DNA from: an uncultured Chromatiaceae bacterium
Lineage (GTDB): Bacteria; Pseudomonadota; Gammaproteobacteria; SZUA-140
Direction: 5' to 3'
DNA length: 64,000 nt
NCBI GenBank assembly: GCA_964605155.1
Contig: CAZSAK010000004.1
Location: 8,538-72,537, forward strand
Below the pieces are notes generated by a model, which had not been told where the DNA came from, did not search any database, and was given only the letters and a program-made list of their open reading frames with translations. A program made the position numbers and the translations under genes. Shown here piece after piece: positions 18,525 to 29,453 of this stretch (its first letter is position 1; every line of letters begins with the position of its first letter).

Positions 18525-19163
18525 ATGGCTGACAATCGGGAGGGAGCAAACCGCGGTCGGCTGTATATCATTTCTGCCCCCTCGGGGGCAGGCAAGACCA
18601 GTCTGGTCAGGGCGCTTCTTGCAACCGAACACAATCTGGTCGTTTCGGTCTCCTACACCACCCGGCCAATGCGTCCCGGGGAACAACAGGGCGTTGATTA
18701 TCACTTTGTAGACGATGCAACCTTCAGGGAATTAATCAAGGCGGGGGAATTTCTCGAGTATGCCGAGGTGTTCGATCATTGTTACGGCACTTCCCGCTCT
18801 CGGGTTAACGAGCAACTGAACAAGGGGAAGGACGTCATCCTCGAGATCGACTGGCAGGGGGCGCAACAGGTACGTCGGACAATGCCGGAAAATACCACTA
18901 TCTTTATCCTGCCGCCCTCACGTGAGGCCCTGGAGAGACGCCTGCGTAACCGTCAACAGGACAGTGAACAGGTAATTGCACGGCGCTTACGGGATGCGAT
19001 GACCGAGATATCCCATTATGATGAATTTGATTACGTCCTGGTCAATGATGATTTCGAGGCCACGATCAATGAATTAAGGGGGTTGCTGAAATCGCCGCAT
19101 AAAGGCAAAAAAGCCCTATCGGACAATGTGATAAAGGTGCTCGATGGATTGCTGAACCCCTGA
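18525..19163 (+). CDS. gmk: Guanylate kinase
   Basis: P-loop SAPSGAGKTSL and the YTTRPMRPGEQQGVDYHFV motif. The ORF opens at a GTG at 18510; the first ATG is at 18525. Confidence 0.9.
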   Translation: MADNREGANRGRLYIISAPSGAGKTSLVRALLATEHNLVVSVSYTTRPMRPGEQQGVDYHFVDDATFRELIKAGEFLEYAEVFDHCYGTSRSRVNEQLNKGKDVILEIDWQGAQQVRRTMPENTTIFILPPSREALERRLRNRQQDSEQVIARRLRDAMTEISHYDEFDYVLVNDDFEATINELRGLLKSPHKGKKALSDNVIKVLDGLLNP

Positions 19164-19278
19164 TATCAGTTCCCGGCGTAATAAGTCCATTGCCTCGGCG
19201 GATTACACACATAACACTGTTCCGGCGATAAAAGCATTGTATAATTACTTTCTTTATCAACGATGATTGGAGAAATGC

Positions 19279-19545
19279 ATGGCACGTATAACCGTTGAAG
19301 ATTGTCTTGAAAACGTCAATAACCGCTTTGAGCTGGTGTTGCTGGCCAGCAAGCGGGCCCGTCAATTGGCCAACGGCAAGGAACCGACTATCCAGTGGGA
19401 AAATGACAAGCCAACCGTCGTGGCATTACGCGAGATCGCGGCTGGCAATATCACCCAGACCATTATGGATGAAGTGGCGGCACGGGAACATGCCGAGGAA
19501 TCGATGGTCGATGAAGAAGAAATCCCTGCGCAGATACAGGAATGA
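19279..19545 (+). CDS. rpoZ: DNA-directed RNA polymerase subunit omega
   Basis: [38 protein letters not shown] upstream. Confidence 0.9.
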   Translation: MARITVEDCLENVNNRFELVLLASKRARQLANGKEPTIQWENDKPTVVALREIAAGNITQTIMDEVAAREHAEESMVDEEEIPAQIQE

Positions 19546-19566
19546 GTTTGTTCAATGGATTAACCT

Positions 19567-21816
19567 TTGAATATCCCAGATCAGGCATATAACACACCTT
19601 ACCTTCCTACCGATTTAATACAACCGGCGTTCTCTATCAATGACCTGTGCGAGATGCTCGCAAGCTATCTCGAACCGCAGCAGATTGCCGAGATAGAGCG
19701 TGCCTACTCCTTCGGAGCCGAGGCGCATGAGGGGCAGCACCGTCTTTCCGGCGAATCCTATATCAACCATCCACTGGCAGTGGCAAGAATACTTGCCGAA
19801 ATGCATATGGATACAGAGAGTATCATTGCCGCTTTGTTACACGATGTTATCGAAGACACGCCGACTGCGAAGGAACAGATAGTGGAGCATTTCGGCACCG
19901 AAGTTGCCGAACTGGTCGACGGTGTGAGCAAACTGGCCCAGATCAAGTTCGAGAACCGGATCGAAGCGCAGGCGAAAAATTTTCGCAAGATGTTGCTGGC
20001 GATGGTTCAGGATATCCGGGTGATGATTATCAAACTCGCCGACCGCTTGCATAACATGCGCACCCTGAGCGTCATGCCGCCATACAAGCGCAGAAGAATC
20101 TCACGGGAGACACTGGAGATATACGCACCGATTGCCAATCGACTCGGCATGAATATGGTCCGTACCGAACTGCAGGAACTCGGATTTGCCGAATCATACC
20201 CGATGCGCTATCGAATCCTGAGTGAGGCCGTAAAAAAGGTGCGGGGAAATCGCAAGGAAGTCGTCAATAACATCAGGATCGCAATTGAACAACGTTTACA
20301 ACAGGAAGGACTCAACGGCAAGGTTCATGGCAGGGAAAAACATCTTTACAGCATTTATCAAAAGATGCGCAGCAAGAAACTGTCGTTTTCCGAAGTATTT
20401 GATGTTTATGCATTCCGGATAATCGTCGATTCGGTTGATACCTGTTACCGGGTGCTCGGTGCCATACATAACCTTTACAAGCCGGTGCCGGGTAAATTCA
20501 AGGATTATATCGCCATTCCGAAAACCAATGGTTATCAGTCGCTACACACAGTTTTGTTTGGCCCTTACGGAGTACCTATCGAAGTACAGGTACGTACCGG
20601 GGACATGGATAAGGTTGGTGAAGCTGGCGTTGCGGCCCACTGGCTGTATAAGCTGGGTGACAGCAGCGAGAGTTCGAAAAGCAGCGCCCAGGTTCGTGTG
20701 CGTGAATGGATGCGCGGACTGCTCGAGATGCAAAAGAATTCCGGCGATTCGCTGGAGTTTCTCGAAAACGTCAAGATCGACCTGTTTCCCGAAGCGGTCT
20801 ACGTATTCACCCCGAAGGGCAGGATCCTGGAGCTGCCGCGTAATGCTACTGCAGTTGATTTCGCCTATGCCGTCCATACCGACGTGGGAAACTCCTGTGT
20901 AGCAGCCAAGATCGACCGCCGCCTGGCACCGCTCAGTACACCGCTATTGAGCGGTCAATCCATTGAAATTATCACCTCTACAAACGCACGTCCGAATCCC
21001 GCATGGCTGAATTTTGTCGTTACGGGCAAGGCACGCACCACCATCCGTCACTATCTGAAGAATCTCCGCCAGGAGGAATCGTTGACCCTTGGCAAGCGTA
21101 TGCTGGAGCAGGCATTGAACGTATACTCGCTTGCCGTCAGTGATTTGCCTTATGAGGTCATCAATAATCTTCTGAAAGAGTATCACTGTCTTTCGTTGGA
21201 TCAATTGTATGAAGAGATCGGGCTTGGCAATCGTCTCGCTCCACTGGTTGCCAAGCGCCTGGCCGAATCCCCGTCGGGCAGGGATCGGAAGGCTAGACGC
21301 AAGTCTCATGCCATCACCAGTGTCCTGACGCGCTATATGCCTACCTGGCTGGGTGGAGACAGATCCACTCCACGTCCCCTGGCTATTAAAGGGACCGAGG
21401 GGATGGTGGTGACTTATGCCAAATGTTGTCACCCGATTCCGGGTGACCCTATTCAGGGATTTATTTCCACCGGCCGCGGGATCGTTATTCATACCGAATC
21501 ATGTAAAAATGTTGCGGATTTCCGCAACCGACCGGAAAAATGGATCGAAGTCGAATGGGAACCGGACGTCAAAGGTGAGTACTATGTCGAGATCCGCGTT
21601 GATGTGGTTAACCGCCGGGGTGTCCTGGCTACAATCGCCGCCACCATCTCATTGATGGATTCCAACATCAACAATGTGAATATCGAGGCGCGCGACGGGA
21701 AATACAGTTCAATCAATTTTGTTATCGGGGTACATGACCGTGTGCATCTCGCCAAAGTCATGCGCCGCATACGATCGCTGGATATGGTGTCACGCATTAT
21801 ACGCGTCAAGGGATGA
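19567..21816 (+). CDS. spoT: Bifunctional (p)ppGpp synthetase/hydrolase SpoT
   Basis: HD domain (HRLSGESYINHPLAVARILAEMHMD...LHDVIEDT), synthetase domain, TGS and ACT domains. Colinear with E. coli SpoT. The ATG start leaves about 15 extra N-terminal residues relative to E. coli, so the true start may be slightly downstream. Confidence 0.9.
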   Translation: MNIPDQAYNTPYLPTDLIQPAFSINDLCEMLASYLEPQQIAEIERAYSFGAEAHEGQHRLSGESYINHPLAVARILAEMHMDTESIIAALLHDVIEDTPTAKEQIVEHFGTEVAELVDGVSKLAQIKFENRIEAQAKNFRKMLLAMVQDIRVMIIKLADRLHNMRTLSVMPPYKRRRISRETLEIYAPIANRLGMNMVRTELQELGFAESYPMRYRILSEAVKKVRGNRKEVVNNIRIAIEQRLQQEGLNGKVHGREKHLYSIYQKMRSKKLSFSEVFDVYAFRIIVDSVDTCYRVLGAIHNLYKPVPGKFKDYIAIPKTNGYQSLHTVLFGPYGVPIEVQVRTGDMDKVGEAGVAAHWLYKLGDSSESSKSSAQVRVREWMRGLLEMQKNSGDSLEFLENVKIDLFPEAVYVFTPKGRILELPRNATAVDFAYAVHTDVGNSCVAAKIDRRLAPLSTPLLSGQSIEIITSTNARPNPAWLNFVVTGKARTTIRHYLKNLRQEESLTLGKRMLEQALNVYSLAVSDLPYEVINNLLKEYHCLSLDQLYEEIGLGNRLAPLVAKRLAESPSGRDRKARRKSHAITSVLTRYMPTWLGGDRSTPRPLAIKGTEGMVVTYAKCCHPIPGDPIQGFISTGRGIVIHTESCKNVADFRNRPEKWIEVEWEPDVKGEYYVEIRVDVVNRRGVLATIAATISLMDSNINNVNIEARDGKYSSINFVIGVHDRVHLAKVMRRIRSLDMVSRIIRVKG

Positions 21817-21870
21817 AAATTCAGGCCGGGGCTAAACACAATTGATTGTAATTTAATACGGGGAGATATC

Positions 21871-22257
21871 ATGGGCCGTGTAATAATCAACACCGACCAG
21901 GCGCCGCGCGCTATCGGCACATACTCACAGGGCGTAAGGGTGGATAATGTCGTCTATATTTCAGGGCAAATACCGCTGGATCCGCAAACCATGGAAATGG
22001 TGGAAGGTGATATCACGGTCCAGATTGACCGCGTGTTTGCAAACCTGCAGGCCGTGGCGCAGGCCGCTGGAGGAAAAATTGCGGATATCATCAAACTGAA
22101 CGTCTATCTTACCGATCTGGGAGCATTCCCTCATGTCAATGAAATAATGGCGCGTTATTTCACTGAACCTTATCCCGCACGTGCAGCGTTGCAGGTCACG
22201 GCATTGCCTAAAGACGCCAAGGTTGAGATGGATGCTGTCATGCATCTTGATACATAG
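21871..22257 (+). CDS. ridA: RidA family reactive enamine/imine deaminase (YjgF/TdcF)
   Basis: 128 aa. [11 protein letters not shown]...VYISGQIP...LNVYLTD pattern. Occupies the spoT-recG interval, as in Pseudomonas. Confidence 0.85.
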   Translation: MGRVIINTDQAPRAIGTYSQGVRVDNVVYISGQIPLDPQTMEMVEGDITVQIDRVFANLQAVAQAAGGKIADIIKLNVYLTDLGAFPHVNEIMARYFTEPYPARAALQVTALPKDAKVEMDAVMHLDT

Positions 22258-22368
22258 TGAGCGGGGTATTGCGATTATTCTCGGCAAAAAATACTCGGCT
22301 ACAAGCGTGAGAAGTGCGAAATGCCGTTAAACAAGATTCGGCAGTCCGCTTCCCGGCGTCATATCGGC

Positions 22369-24522
22369 ATGACGGACAATATGTCGCCCGGAACGGGAGG
22401 GATTTCCCTGCTATCGCCCGTCCATTGTCTTGGCGGCGTAGGTAATCGTATTGCAGACCGGCTCAGCCGCCTCGGCATAGTAACGATCAAAGATCTGTTG
22501 TTTCACCTTCCGGTTCGCTACCAGGATCGCACTCGTATCCTGCCCATCGGGTCGTTGCAAATCGGCCAGGAAGCGGTCGTCGAGGGGGAGGTTTTGCTCA
22601 CCGAGGTCCGTTACGGCAGACGTCGCATGTTATTGTCCCGCATCGGCGATGGGACCGGATTTCTGACATTGCGGTTTTTTCATTTTTCCGCGACGCAAAA
22701 GAATAATCTCGCCGCTGGTTCCTGGATCAGGTGTTTTGGCGAGGTTCGCAGCAACGGCGACACTATCGAGATGATACATCCCGAATATCGCCACATCGAC
22801 AGGAATGCAGTTATAACGACCGATCAATATCTAACACCGATCTATCCTGCGACAGAAGGACTGCGTCAGCCGAGTCTGCGCATGCTGATAAAGAAGGCGC
22901 TTGATATATTGGCACGTGAATCTTCCACTGGCTATGTCAACACAGATGATAATCAGGGTGATACAAATATCATGTGTGAATGCCTGCCTGCCGAAATCCT
23001 CAAGTCACTTGCTTTGCCGCCACTGGAACAGGCGATACAGTTTGCGCACCGGCCTTCACCGCAAACTTCCATCATATCCCTGCAGGATGGTACACATCCC
23101 ATGCTGCGACGCCTGGCATTTGAGGAATTGCTGGTACAGCAGCTCAGTTGCAAACAATTACGACAAAAGATGCGGCGCTTGTCGGCACCGAGAATCGCTG
23201 TTCAAGGCAGATTAATGAAAAGGTTTCTTGGCCGGTTGCCTTTTTCACTGACCGGTGCACAAAACAGGGTGATCAAGGAAATCATAAAAGATCTTGACAG
23301 GCAGCATCCTATGCAGCGGCTCGCGCAGGGAGATGTGGGTTCCGGTAAGACAGTTGTTGCCGCGGCAACGATCCTGCATGCCGTTGAAGCGGGTTATCAA
23401 GCTGCAATAATGGCTCCAACGGAATTGCTGGCCGAGCAGCACCATGAAAATTTTATCAACTGGTTGCGTCCGCTTGATGTTGAGGTTGCATGGTTGTCCG
23501 GAAAATCAAAGGGAAAAACCAGAAGTAATATCCTCGAGCGCATAGAGACCGGAAAGGCGGCTGTTGTAGTCGGTACCCACGCCCTGATCCAGGATGATGT
23601 CGTTTTCAACAAGCTGGGTTATGTCATCATCGATGAACAACACAGGTTCGGTGTCCATCAGCGGCTGAAATTACGTGAAAAGGGTCAGCAACAGGGCCAT
23701 TATCCACATCAGCTTACCATGACCGCCACGCCGATACCGCGTACTCTGGCGATGACGGCCTACGCCGATCTGGATATCTCTGTGATTGACGAATTGCCGC
23801 CCGGTAGACAACCCGTCACTACGGTGATAATACCGGATGCGCGACGCGACGAAGTATTACAACGGGTAAAACAGGTATGCTCGAAAGGACGACAATGTTA
23901 CTGGGTTTGTACGCTGATAGAGGAGTCCGAGTCGTTGCAATGCCAGGCTGCAATCGATACAGTTGAACAACTGCGCCGGGATTTCCCCGGACTTGATATC
24001 GGCTTGCTTCACGGGCGAATCAAGGCGCGGGATAAAGAACAGATAATGGCAGCTTTCAAGGCGGGCAAAATCGATATGCTTGTCGCAACCACCGTGGTTG
24101 AGGTCGGAGTGGATGTGCCTTCTGCCAGTTTGATGGTTATAGAAAATGCAGAGCGACTCGGTATGGCGCAATTGCACCAACTTCGCGGCAGGATCGGGCG
24201 AGGCAGTGATAGAAGCAGTTGTGTTTTAATGTATCATCCCCCGTTGTCCGGACATGCAAAGGCAAGGCTCGCCACCTTGCGCGATACATCCGACGGTTTT
24301 GTCATCGCGCGTCGTGACATGGAATTACGCGGTCCTGGTGAGATACTGGGGACTCGCCAAACCGGGATGCTGCAGTTGCGCGTGGCCGATCTGTTGCGTG
24401 ACCAGGACCTGATACCACAGGTCAGCCGCACGGCCGATATGTTGCTGGAAAGGTATCCCCGCAAGGCAGGCCTGATCGTGCGTCGTTGGCTGGGAGATGC
24501 TGCACAATACGGCAGTGTATAG
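22369..24522 (+). CDS. recG: ATP-dependent DNA helicase RecG
   Basis: Wedge domain, Walker A GDVGSGKT, DEQH, and a TRG motif. Colinear with E. coli RecG. The ORF opens at 22321, and homology starts near MTDNMSPG (22369), so the start is uncertain by about 16 codons. Confidence 0.9.
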   Translation: MTDNMSPGTGGISLLSPVHCLGGVGNRIADRLSRLGIVTIKDLLFHLPVRYQDRTRILPIGSLQIGQEAVVEGEVLLTEVRYGRRRMLLSRIGDGTGFLTLRFFHFSATQKNNLAAGSWIRCFGEVRSNGDTIEMIHPEYRHIDRNAVITTDQYLTPIYPATEGLRQPSLRMLIKKALDILARESSTGYVNTDDNQGDTNIMCECLPAEILKSLALPPLEQAIQFAHRPSPQTSIISLQDGTHPMLRRLAFEELLVQQLSCKQLRQKMRRLSAPRIAVQGRLMKRFLGRLPFSLTGAQNRVIKEIIKDLDRQHPMQRLAQGDVGSGKTVVAAATILHAVEAGYQAAIMAPTELLAEQHHENFINWLRPLDVEVAWLSGKSKGKTRSNILERIETGKAAVVVGTHALIQDDVVFNKLGYVIIDEQHRFGVHQRLKLREKGQQQGHYPHQLTMTATPIPRTLAMTAYADLDISVIDELPPGRQPVTTVIIPDARRDEVLQRVKQVCSKGRQCYWVCTLIEESESLQCQAAIDTVEQLRRDFPGLDIGLLHGRIKARDKEQIMAAFKAGKIDMLVATTVVEVGVDVPSASLMVIENAERLGMAQLHQLRGRIGRGSDRSSCVLMYHPPLSGHAKARLATLRDTSDGFVIARRDMELRGPGEILGTRQTGMLQLRVADLLRDQDLIPQVSRTADMLLERYPRKAGLIVRRWLGDAAQYGSV

Positions 24523-24538
24523 TTTGTATATTTGATCC

Positions 24539-25111
24539 ATGACGCGATTCAGAGCAGGTTCTCATAAGCGGGAGCCGGTCTGGCAACCGGCTCGTCGCAA
24601 ACAAAGACAGCACATACCCAGGCAACTGATAAGCTGGATATTTGAAACGCCTTCACTGACCCGGCGAATGCAACAGCTTTGTAACGGCATGTTCAGGGTG
24701 CGCGTATTATGCCAGCAATGGCAGCGTCCGATGTTCAATGAGCGGATTATGTTGGGAATGCGTGATGGTGAATATGGCGTGGTACGCCAGGTCCAGCTAT
24801 TATGCGATCAACAACCGTGGATATATGCCCGTACAGTGATACCTATGCGCACCCTGAGTGGAACGCAACGCAGACTGGCATATCTCGGCGACAAGCCCCT
24901 CGGCGCATTGTTGTTTGCCGACAAGTCAGTGTATCGAGGGCAGATGGAAGTGGCGTGTATAACTCCCGGGCAGAGCATCCATGATATTGCAACCCGTGAC
25001 CTGCGGGAGAAAAACCGTCCGGTATGGGGCAGGCGTTCTATATTTTACCGCGATGCCAGGCCGCTGCTGGTCAGCGAGGTATTCCTTCCCCCATTAAGCC
25101 GGATATCATGA
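24539..25111 (+). CDS. ubiC: Chorismate pyruvate-lyase
   Basis: 190 aa immediately upstream of ubiA. The motif WIYARTVIP and the ubiC-ubiA operon context support the call. Confidence 0.75.
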   Translation: MTRFRAGSHKREPVWQPARRKQRQHIPRQLISWIFETPSLTRRMQQLCNGMFRVRVLCQQWQRPMFNERIMLGMRDGEYGVVRQVQLLCDQQPWIYARTVIPMRTLSGTQRRLAYLGDKPLGALLFADKSVYRGQMEVACITPGQSIHDIATRDLREKNRPVWGRRSIFYRDARPLLVSEVFLPPLSRIS

Positions 25112-25128
25112 GAATGTCCTGCGCGTAA

Positions 25129-26031
25129 ATGATACAGGGCCCGGATACGGCTATGACAATTGACGTGGAAACAAAACCGGCGCGCTTATATCAGTATCTC
25201 CTGTTGATGCGACTTGACAGGCCGATCGGGATATTCCTGCTGTTATGGCCTGCGTTGTGGGCACTTTGGATTGCCGCGCAGGGTACCCCCGATCTGCATG
25301 TATTGCTGGTGTTTGTCCTGGGTGTGTTTGTGATGCGTTCGGCAGGGTGTGTAATCAACGATTACGCCGACCGCAACTATGATCCGCATGTCCGCCGGAC
25401 GCATGACCGGCCGATCGCCGCGGGACGCATCTCCCCGAAAGAGGCGTTGATATTATTCGGTATTTTGTGCCTGATAGCTTTTTTACTGGTGCTGACCCTG
25501 GATTTAATGACCATAATGCTATCGTTTGCCGGTGCCCTGTTCGCTGCAATGTACCCATTTATGAAACGTTATACCTATTTGCCCCAGATATTTCTGGGCA
25601 TGGCATTCGGGTGGGCAGTTCCCATGGCATTTACTGCACAATCTGGCGCAATTTCCACCATCGGATGGCTGCTGTTTATCGCCGCCATCCTGTGGACTAC
25701 CGCTTATGACACCATGTATGCCATGGTCGATCGAGAGGATGATCTGCGTATCGGAGTAAAATCAACCGCCATTCTGTTTGGCGACGCAGACCGGGTGATT
25801 ATTGCCATTATCCAGATCATGTTCTTTGCTGTTTTATTGATTATCGGGCATCAAGCGACGATGGGCAGCTTTTACTATCTTGGTATGGCGATAGCCGCAG
25901 CATTTGCCGTATACCAGCAATACCTGATCAAGGACAGGGATGCGCAACGTTGCTTCAAGGCATTCCTTAATAACAACTGGTTTGGCGCTGTCATTTTTTT
26001 TGGTATCGTGCTGCATTATATGACACTCTAG
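25129..26031 (+). CDS. ubiA: 4-hydroxybenzoate octaprenyltransferase
   Basis: [18 protein letters not shown] and [12 protein letters not shown] motifs. Colinear with E. coli UbiA. Confidence 0.9.
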   Translation: MIQGPDTAMTIDVETKPARLYQYLLLMRLDRPIGIFLLLWPALWALWIAAQGTPDLHVLLVFVLGVFVMRSAGCVINDYADRNYDPHVRRTHDRPIAAGRISPKEALILFGILCLIAFLLVLTLDLMTIMLSFAGALFAAMYPFMKRYTYLPQIFLGMAFGWAVPMAFTAQSGAISTIGWLLFIAAILWTTAYDTMYAMVDREDDLRIGVKSTAILFGDADRVIIAIIQIMFFAVLLIIGHQATMGSFYYLGMAIAAAFAVYQQYLIKDRDAQRCFKAFLNNNWFGAVIFFGIVLHYMTL

Positions 26032-26074
26032 TGGCTTCCTTTTTACATTAAGACTGTTTTCCGGAACTTTTCTG

Positions 26075-27046
26075 ATGCTGTATGCAATTATTGCGGTAAT
26101 TGGCGGCTTTCTATTGCTTGTATGGAGTGCTGATCGTTTTGTACTGGGTGCCTCGGCAACAGCGCGCAATCTCGGTGTCTCCCCTCTTATTATCGGGCTT
26201 ACGGTCGTGGGTTTTGGGACCTCGGCACCGGAATTAATGGTTTCCGCCATCGCTTCCTGGGGCGGCAACCCGCCTCTGGCCATCGGTAACGCCATCGGTT
26301 CAAATATCGCGAATATATCCCTGGTGCTGAGCGTCTCGGCGCTAGTGACGCCCATCGTTGTGAAATCCAATGTGTTGCGGCGTGAATTACCAATAATGTT
26401 GTTTATCATGTTATTCAGTTTTGCCCTGTTGCTGGATGATTATCTCAGTCGCGGTGACGGATTGATGCTGATCATGGGTATGGGCATGATGATTTACTGG
26501 GTAACGATGCTCGGACTGCAAAGTCGTGGGAGTGACCCGATACTCGGGGAATTTGATGTTGAGATACCCGAAAAGATGCCGATGTCAAAGGCCGTATTCT
26601 GGCTGATTATCGGCATGATAGTGCTGTTTGCCAGTTCCAGGGTTCTGGTTTGGGGTGCGGTCGGTATTGCCCATTATTATGGTATCAGCGACCTGGTTAT
26701 CGGGCTCACGATCATAGCGGTAGGTACCAGCCTGCCGGAGCTTGCAGCAGCAGTGATGAGCGCATTCAAGAATGAACATGACCTGGCTATCGGTAATGTC
26801 ATCGGTTCGAATATGTTTAACCTGTTAGGTGTATTGGCAATGCCGGGCTTGATCTCGCCCGGAGTTGTACCGCGGGAAACCCTGTCACGCGACTATCCGG
26901 TAATGATCGGGGTGTCTGTGGCCCTGTTTGCCATGGCATATGGCTTTCGAGGCCGCCACGGCCGCATCAATCGCCCGGAAGCGATGATTATGCTGATGGT
27001 CTATATAATCTATATTTACTACCTGTATGATACGGTATCGCGATGA
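26075..27046 (+). CDS. yrbG: CaCA family Na+/Ca2+ (K+-dependent) exchanger YrbG
   Basis: Two alpha-repeat GTSAPEL/GTSLPEL motifs. Sits upstream of kdsD, as in E. coli. Confidence 0.85.
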   Translation: MLYAIIAVIGGFLLLVWSADRFVLGASATARNLGVSPLIIGLTVVGFGTSAPELMVSAIASWGGNPPLAIGNAIGSNIANISLVLSVSALVTPIVVKSNVLRRELPIMLFIMLFSFALLLDDYLSRGDGLMLIMGMGMMIYWVTMLGLQSRGSDPILGEFDVEIPEKMPMSKAVFWLIIGMIVLFASSRVLVWGAVGIAHYYGISDLVIGLTIIAVGTSLPELAAAVMSAFKNEHDLAIGNVIGSNMFNLLGVLAMPGLISPGVVPRETLSRDYPVMIGVSVALFAMAYGFRGRHGRINRPEAMIMLMVYIIYIYYLYDTVSR

Positions 27047-27147
27047 GAACAATCTACCGGGATATTGAGGCGGCGACGTAAAACAGACGTGGCGTAATAT
27101 ATGACATACTGAGAAAATAGGCTAAACACCGGATATCGAATTATCCC

Positions 27148-28170
27148 ATGGTTAACGATCAGATGAGCACAGCACCAAGTCAGCACATAACCGCAACCGA
27201 TGAGGCGGAAAAGATCAAGCGATTGGGGAAGGCGGTCATTGAGACGGAAACAAAATCCGTTTCCTCTTTGTTGTCCCGAATCGATACAGATTTTGTCAAG
27301 GCCTGCAAGTATATGCTGGCCTGTGAGGGGCGTATTGTGGTTATCGGTATGGGCAAGTCGGGACACATCGGCAGCAAGATTGCGGCAACGTTGGCCAGTA
27401 CGGGCAGCCCGGCTTTCTTCGTGCATCCCGGCGAGGCAAGTCATGGCGATCTTGGGATGATTACAAAAAAGGATGTTGTGCTCGTCATATCCAACTCAGG
27501 GGAAACGGAGGAGATCCTGACGATATTACCCTTGATAAAGCGCCTGGGGGTTCCACTCATCACGCTCACGGGAAACCCGTCTTCAACCCTGGCAAAGGCG
27601 GCGGATGCAAATATCGACATCAGCGTGGAGCAAGAGGCATGTCCGCTCGGCCTGGCGCCGACCTCATCCACCACGACGACACTGGTAATGGGTGATGCAC
27701 TGGCGATTTCCTTGCTGGAAACGAGGGGATTTACCGCTGAAGATTTTGCACGTTCACATCCCGGAGGCCGTCTCGGCAGGCGACTTTTGTTACTGATAAA
27801 GGATATCATGCACACCGGCGATAATGTGCCCTGCGTACATGAGTCGGTGTTGCTCAGTGAAGCACTGGTGGAGATGACCAAGAAAGGATTGGGCATGACA
27901 GCGGTCGTTGATGATAAACAGCACCTTACAGGTATATTTACCGATGGAGATCTGCGGCGTACCCTTGATCGCAAGGTTGATGTGCACGAGGAAATCATAT
28001 CCAGCGTGATGACCCGTAACTGCAAGACCATAACCCCAGACCTGCTGGCCGCAGAGGCCTTGCGACTGATGGATAAACACAAGATCAACGCCTTGATTGT
28101 CGTCAATCAGGATAATACCCTCGCAGGGGCTCTCAATATGCACGATTTACTCAAAGCTGGAGTGGTGTAA
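27148..28170 (+). CDS. kdsD: Arabinose-5-phosphate isomerase KdsD
   Basis: SIS domain (GMGKSGHIGSKIAATLASTG) plus tandem CBS domains. Confidence 0.9.
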   Translation: MVNDQMSTAPSQHITATDEAEKIKRLGKAVIETETKSVSSLLSRIDTDFVKACKYMLACEGRIVVIGMGKSGHIGSKIAATLASTGSPAFFVHPGEASHGDLGMITKKDVVLVISNSGETEEILTILPLIKRLGVPLITLTGNPSSTLAKAADANIDISVEQEACPLGLAPTSSTTTTLVMGDALAISLLETRGFTAEDFARSHPGGRLGRRLLLLIKDIMHTGDNVPCVHESVLLSEALVEMTKKGLGMTAVVDDKQHLTGIFTDGDLRRTLDRKVDVHEEIISSVMTRNCKTITPDLLAAEALRLMDKHKINALIVVNQDNTLAGALNMHDLLKAGVV

Positions 28171-28207
28171 GTTTTATGAAATATACTGGACAGTGTGATC
28201 GACGCCG

Positions 28208-28765
28208 GTGCCGGTGCCAGATCAATTCAAAGCCATGCGCGATATTCTAGAGAAGGCCAGGCAAATCAGGCTCGTCGTCTTTGATGTCGATGGCGTGCTT
28301 ACCGACGGTGGCCTGCATATAGACGACAATGGTGCCGAGCATAAGGTATTCTACTCCCGTGATGGACATGGCATGAAGATGCTGCAAGACAGCGGTGTCA
28401 AAATTGCAATTATCACCGGGCGCATGTCAGAAGCCGTTACTCATCGTATGACAAGCCTGGGCATCGAACATGTCTATCAGGGAAGGCAGGAAAAATTACC
28501 CGTATTTGACGAGCTGGCAAGGCAACTGGAGTTACAGCCGGATCAGATTGCCTATGTTGGTGATGATGTCGTCGATTTGCCTGTTATGCAAAGAGTCGGC
28601 CTTGCAATCGCCGTACAGGATGCCCATGAATGGGTAAAGAAACACGCCCACTGGCAGACACAGCACAAGGGCGGGCGAGGTGCTGCCCGCGACGTATGCG
28701 AATTGATCATGGAAGCCCAGGGAACGTTTGCCAATCAGATGTCCAGGTATATCGACCAGTTATAA
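28208..28765 (+). CDS. kdsC: 3-deoxy-D-manno-octulosonate 8-phosphate phosphatase KdsC
   Basis: HAD motifs FDVDGVLTDG and GDDVVD; terminal GGRGAARDVCEL. Confidence 0.85.
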   Translation: MPVPDQFKAMRDILEKARQIRLVVFDVDGVLTDGGLHIDDNGAEHKVFYSRDGHGMKMLQDSGVKIAIITGRMSEAVTHRMTSLGIEHVYQGRQEKLPVFDELARQLELQPDQIAYVGDDVVDLPVMQRVGLAIAVQDAHEWVKKHAHWQTQHKGGRGAARDVCELIMEAQGTFANQMSRYIDQL

Positions 28766-28855
28766 TATTGATATTTATTTATGCGTGACACTGCAATGTT
28801 TCCTTGGGAATGTATTCTGATCGTGTGATTATGTAGTGCAGATAAAGAGACACAA

Positions 28856-29428
28856 ATGCAACGGGGTTTAAACAGACGGGTATTGATCTTATTTATATTG
28901 GCGCTCGCCGCATTCCTCAGTTGGTGGTTGTCGAGTACCGGACCGTCGTTTGTACCGCGCCTGATTGAACAACGGCATGAACCTGATTATTACCTTATCA
29001 ACTTTACCCTGACGACCATGGGGGATACCGGCAGTCCGAAACACCGGCTTTCGGCAGATAATATGTATCATTTCCCGGATAACGATACCGCAACACTTGA
29101 GAACCCTCTGCTCGTGATTTATCAAGCGGATTTGGATTCATGGCAGATCCAGGCTGAACGGGGCCTGGTATCGGAAGCAGGGCAGGCCGTCCAGTTGCAG
29201 GGTGACGTATTTATAGAGCAAATCGACCCTGATATCGAACAGGGTATGGAGATTGTTACCCGGGATCTGCATATCAGTCCCGAGGAAGAATTCGCCAGCA
29301 CGGAACAGCCAATCCTCATCAGGGATCATTATGGTGTGACAGAGGCCGTAGGCATGCAGGTAGATTTGAAAGCACACCATCTGCAGCTGATGTCACAGGT
29401 GCGTGGCAATTATCGTCCGTTTCTATAG
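28856..29428 (+). CDS. lptC: LPS export protein LptC
   Basis: 190 aa, N-terminal TM anchor. Position between kdsC and lptA. Confidence 0.75.
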   Translation: MQRGLNRRVLILFILALAAFLSWWLSSTGPSFVPRLIEQRHEPDYYLINFTLTTMGDTGSPKHRLSADNMYHFPDNDTATLENPLLVIYQADLDSWQIQAERGLVSEAGQAVQLQGDVFIEQIDPDIEQGMEIVTRDLHISPEEEFASTEQPILIRDHYGVTEAVGMQVDLKAHHLQLMSQVRGNYRPFL

Positions 29429-29453
29429 AATTTCACAACAAAAAGCCACAGTT

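Noticed and set aside
19567-19620. Possible N-terminal extension of SpoT and of RecG (22321..22368)
   Set aside because: Most likely start-codon ambiguity, since homology begins 15-17 codons into each ORF. Not evidence of novel domains.
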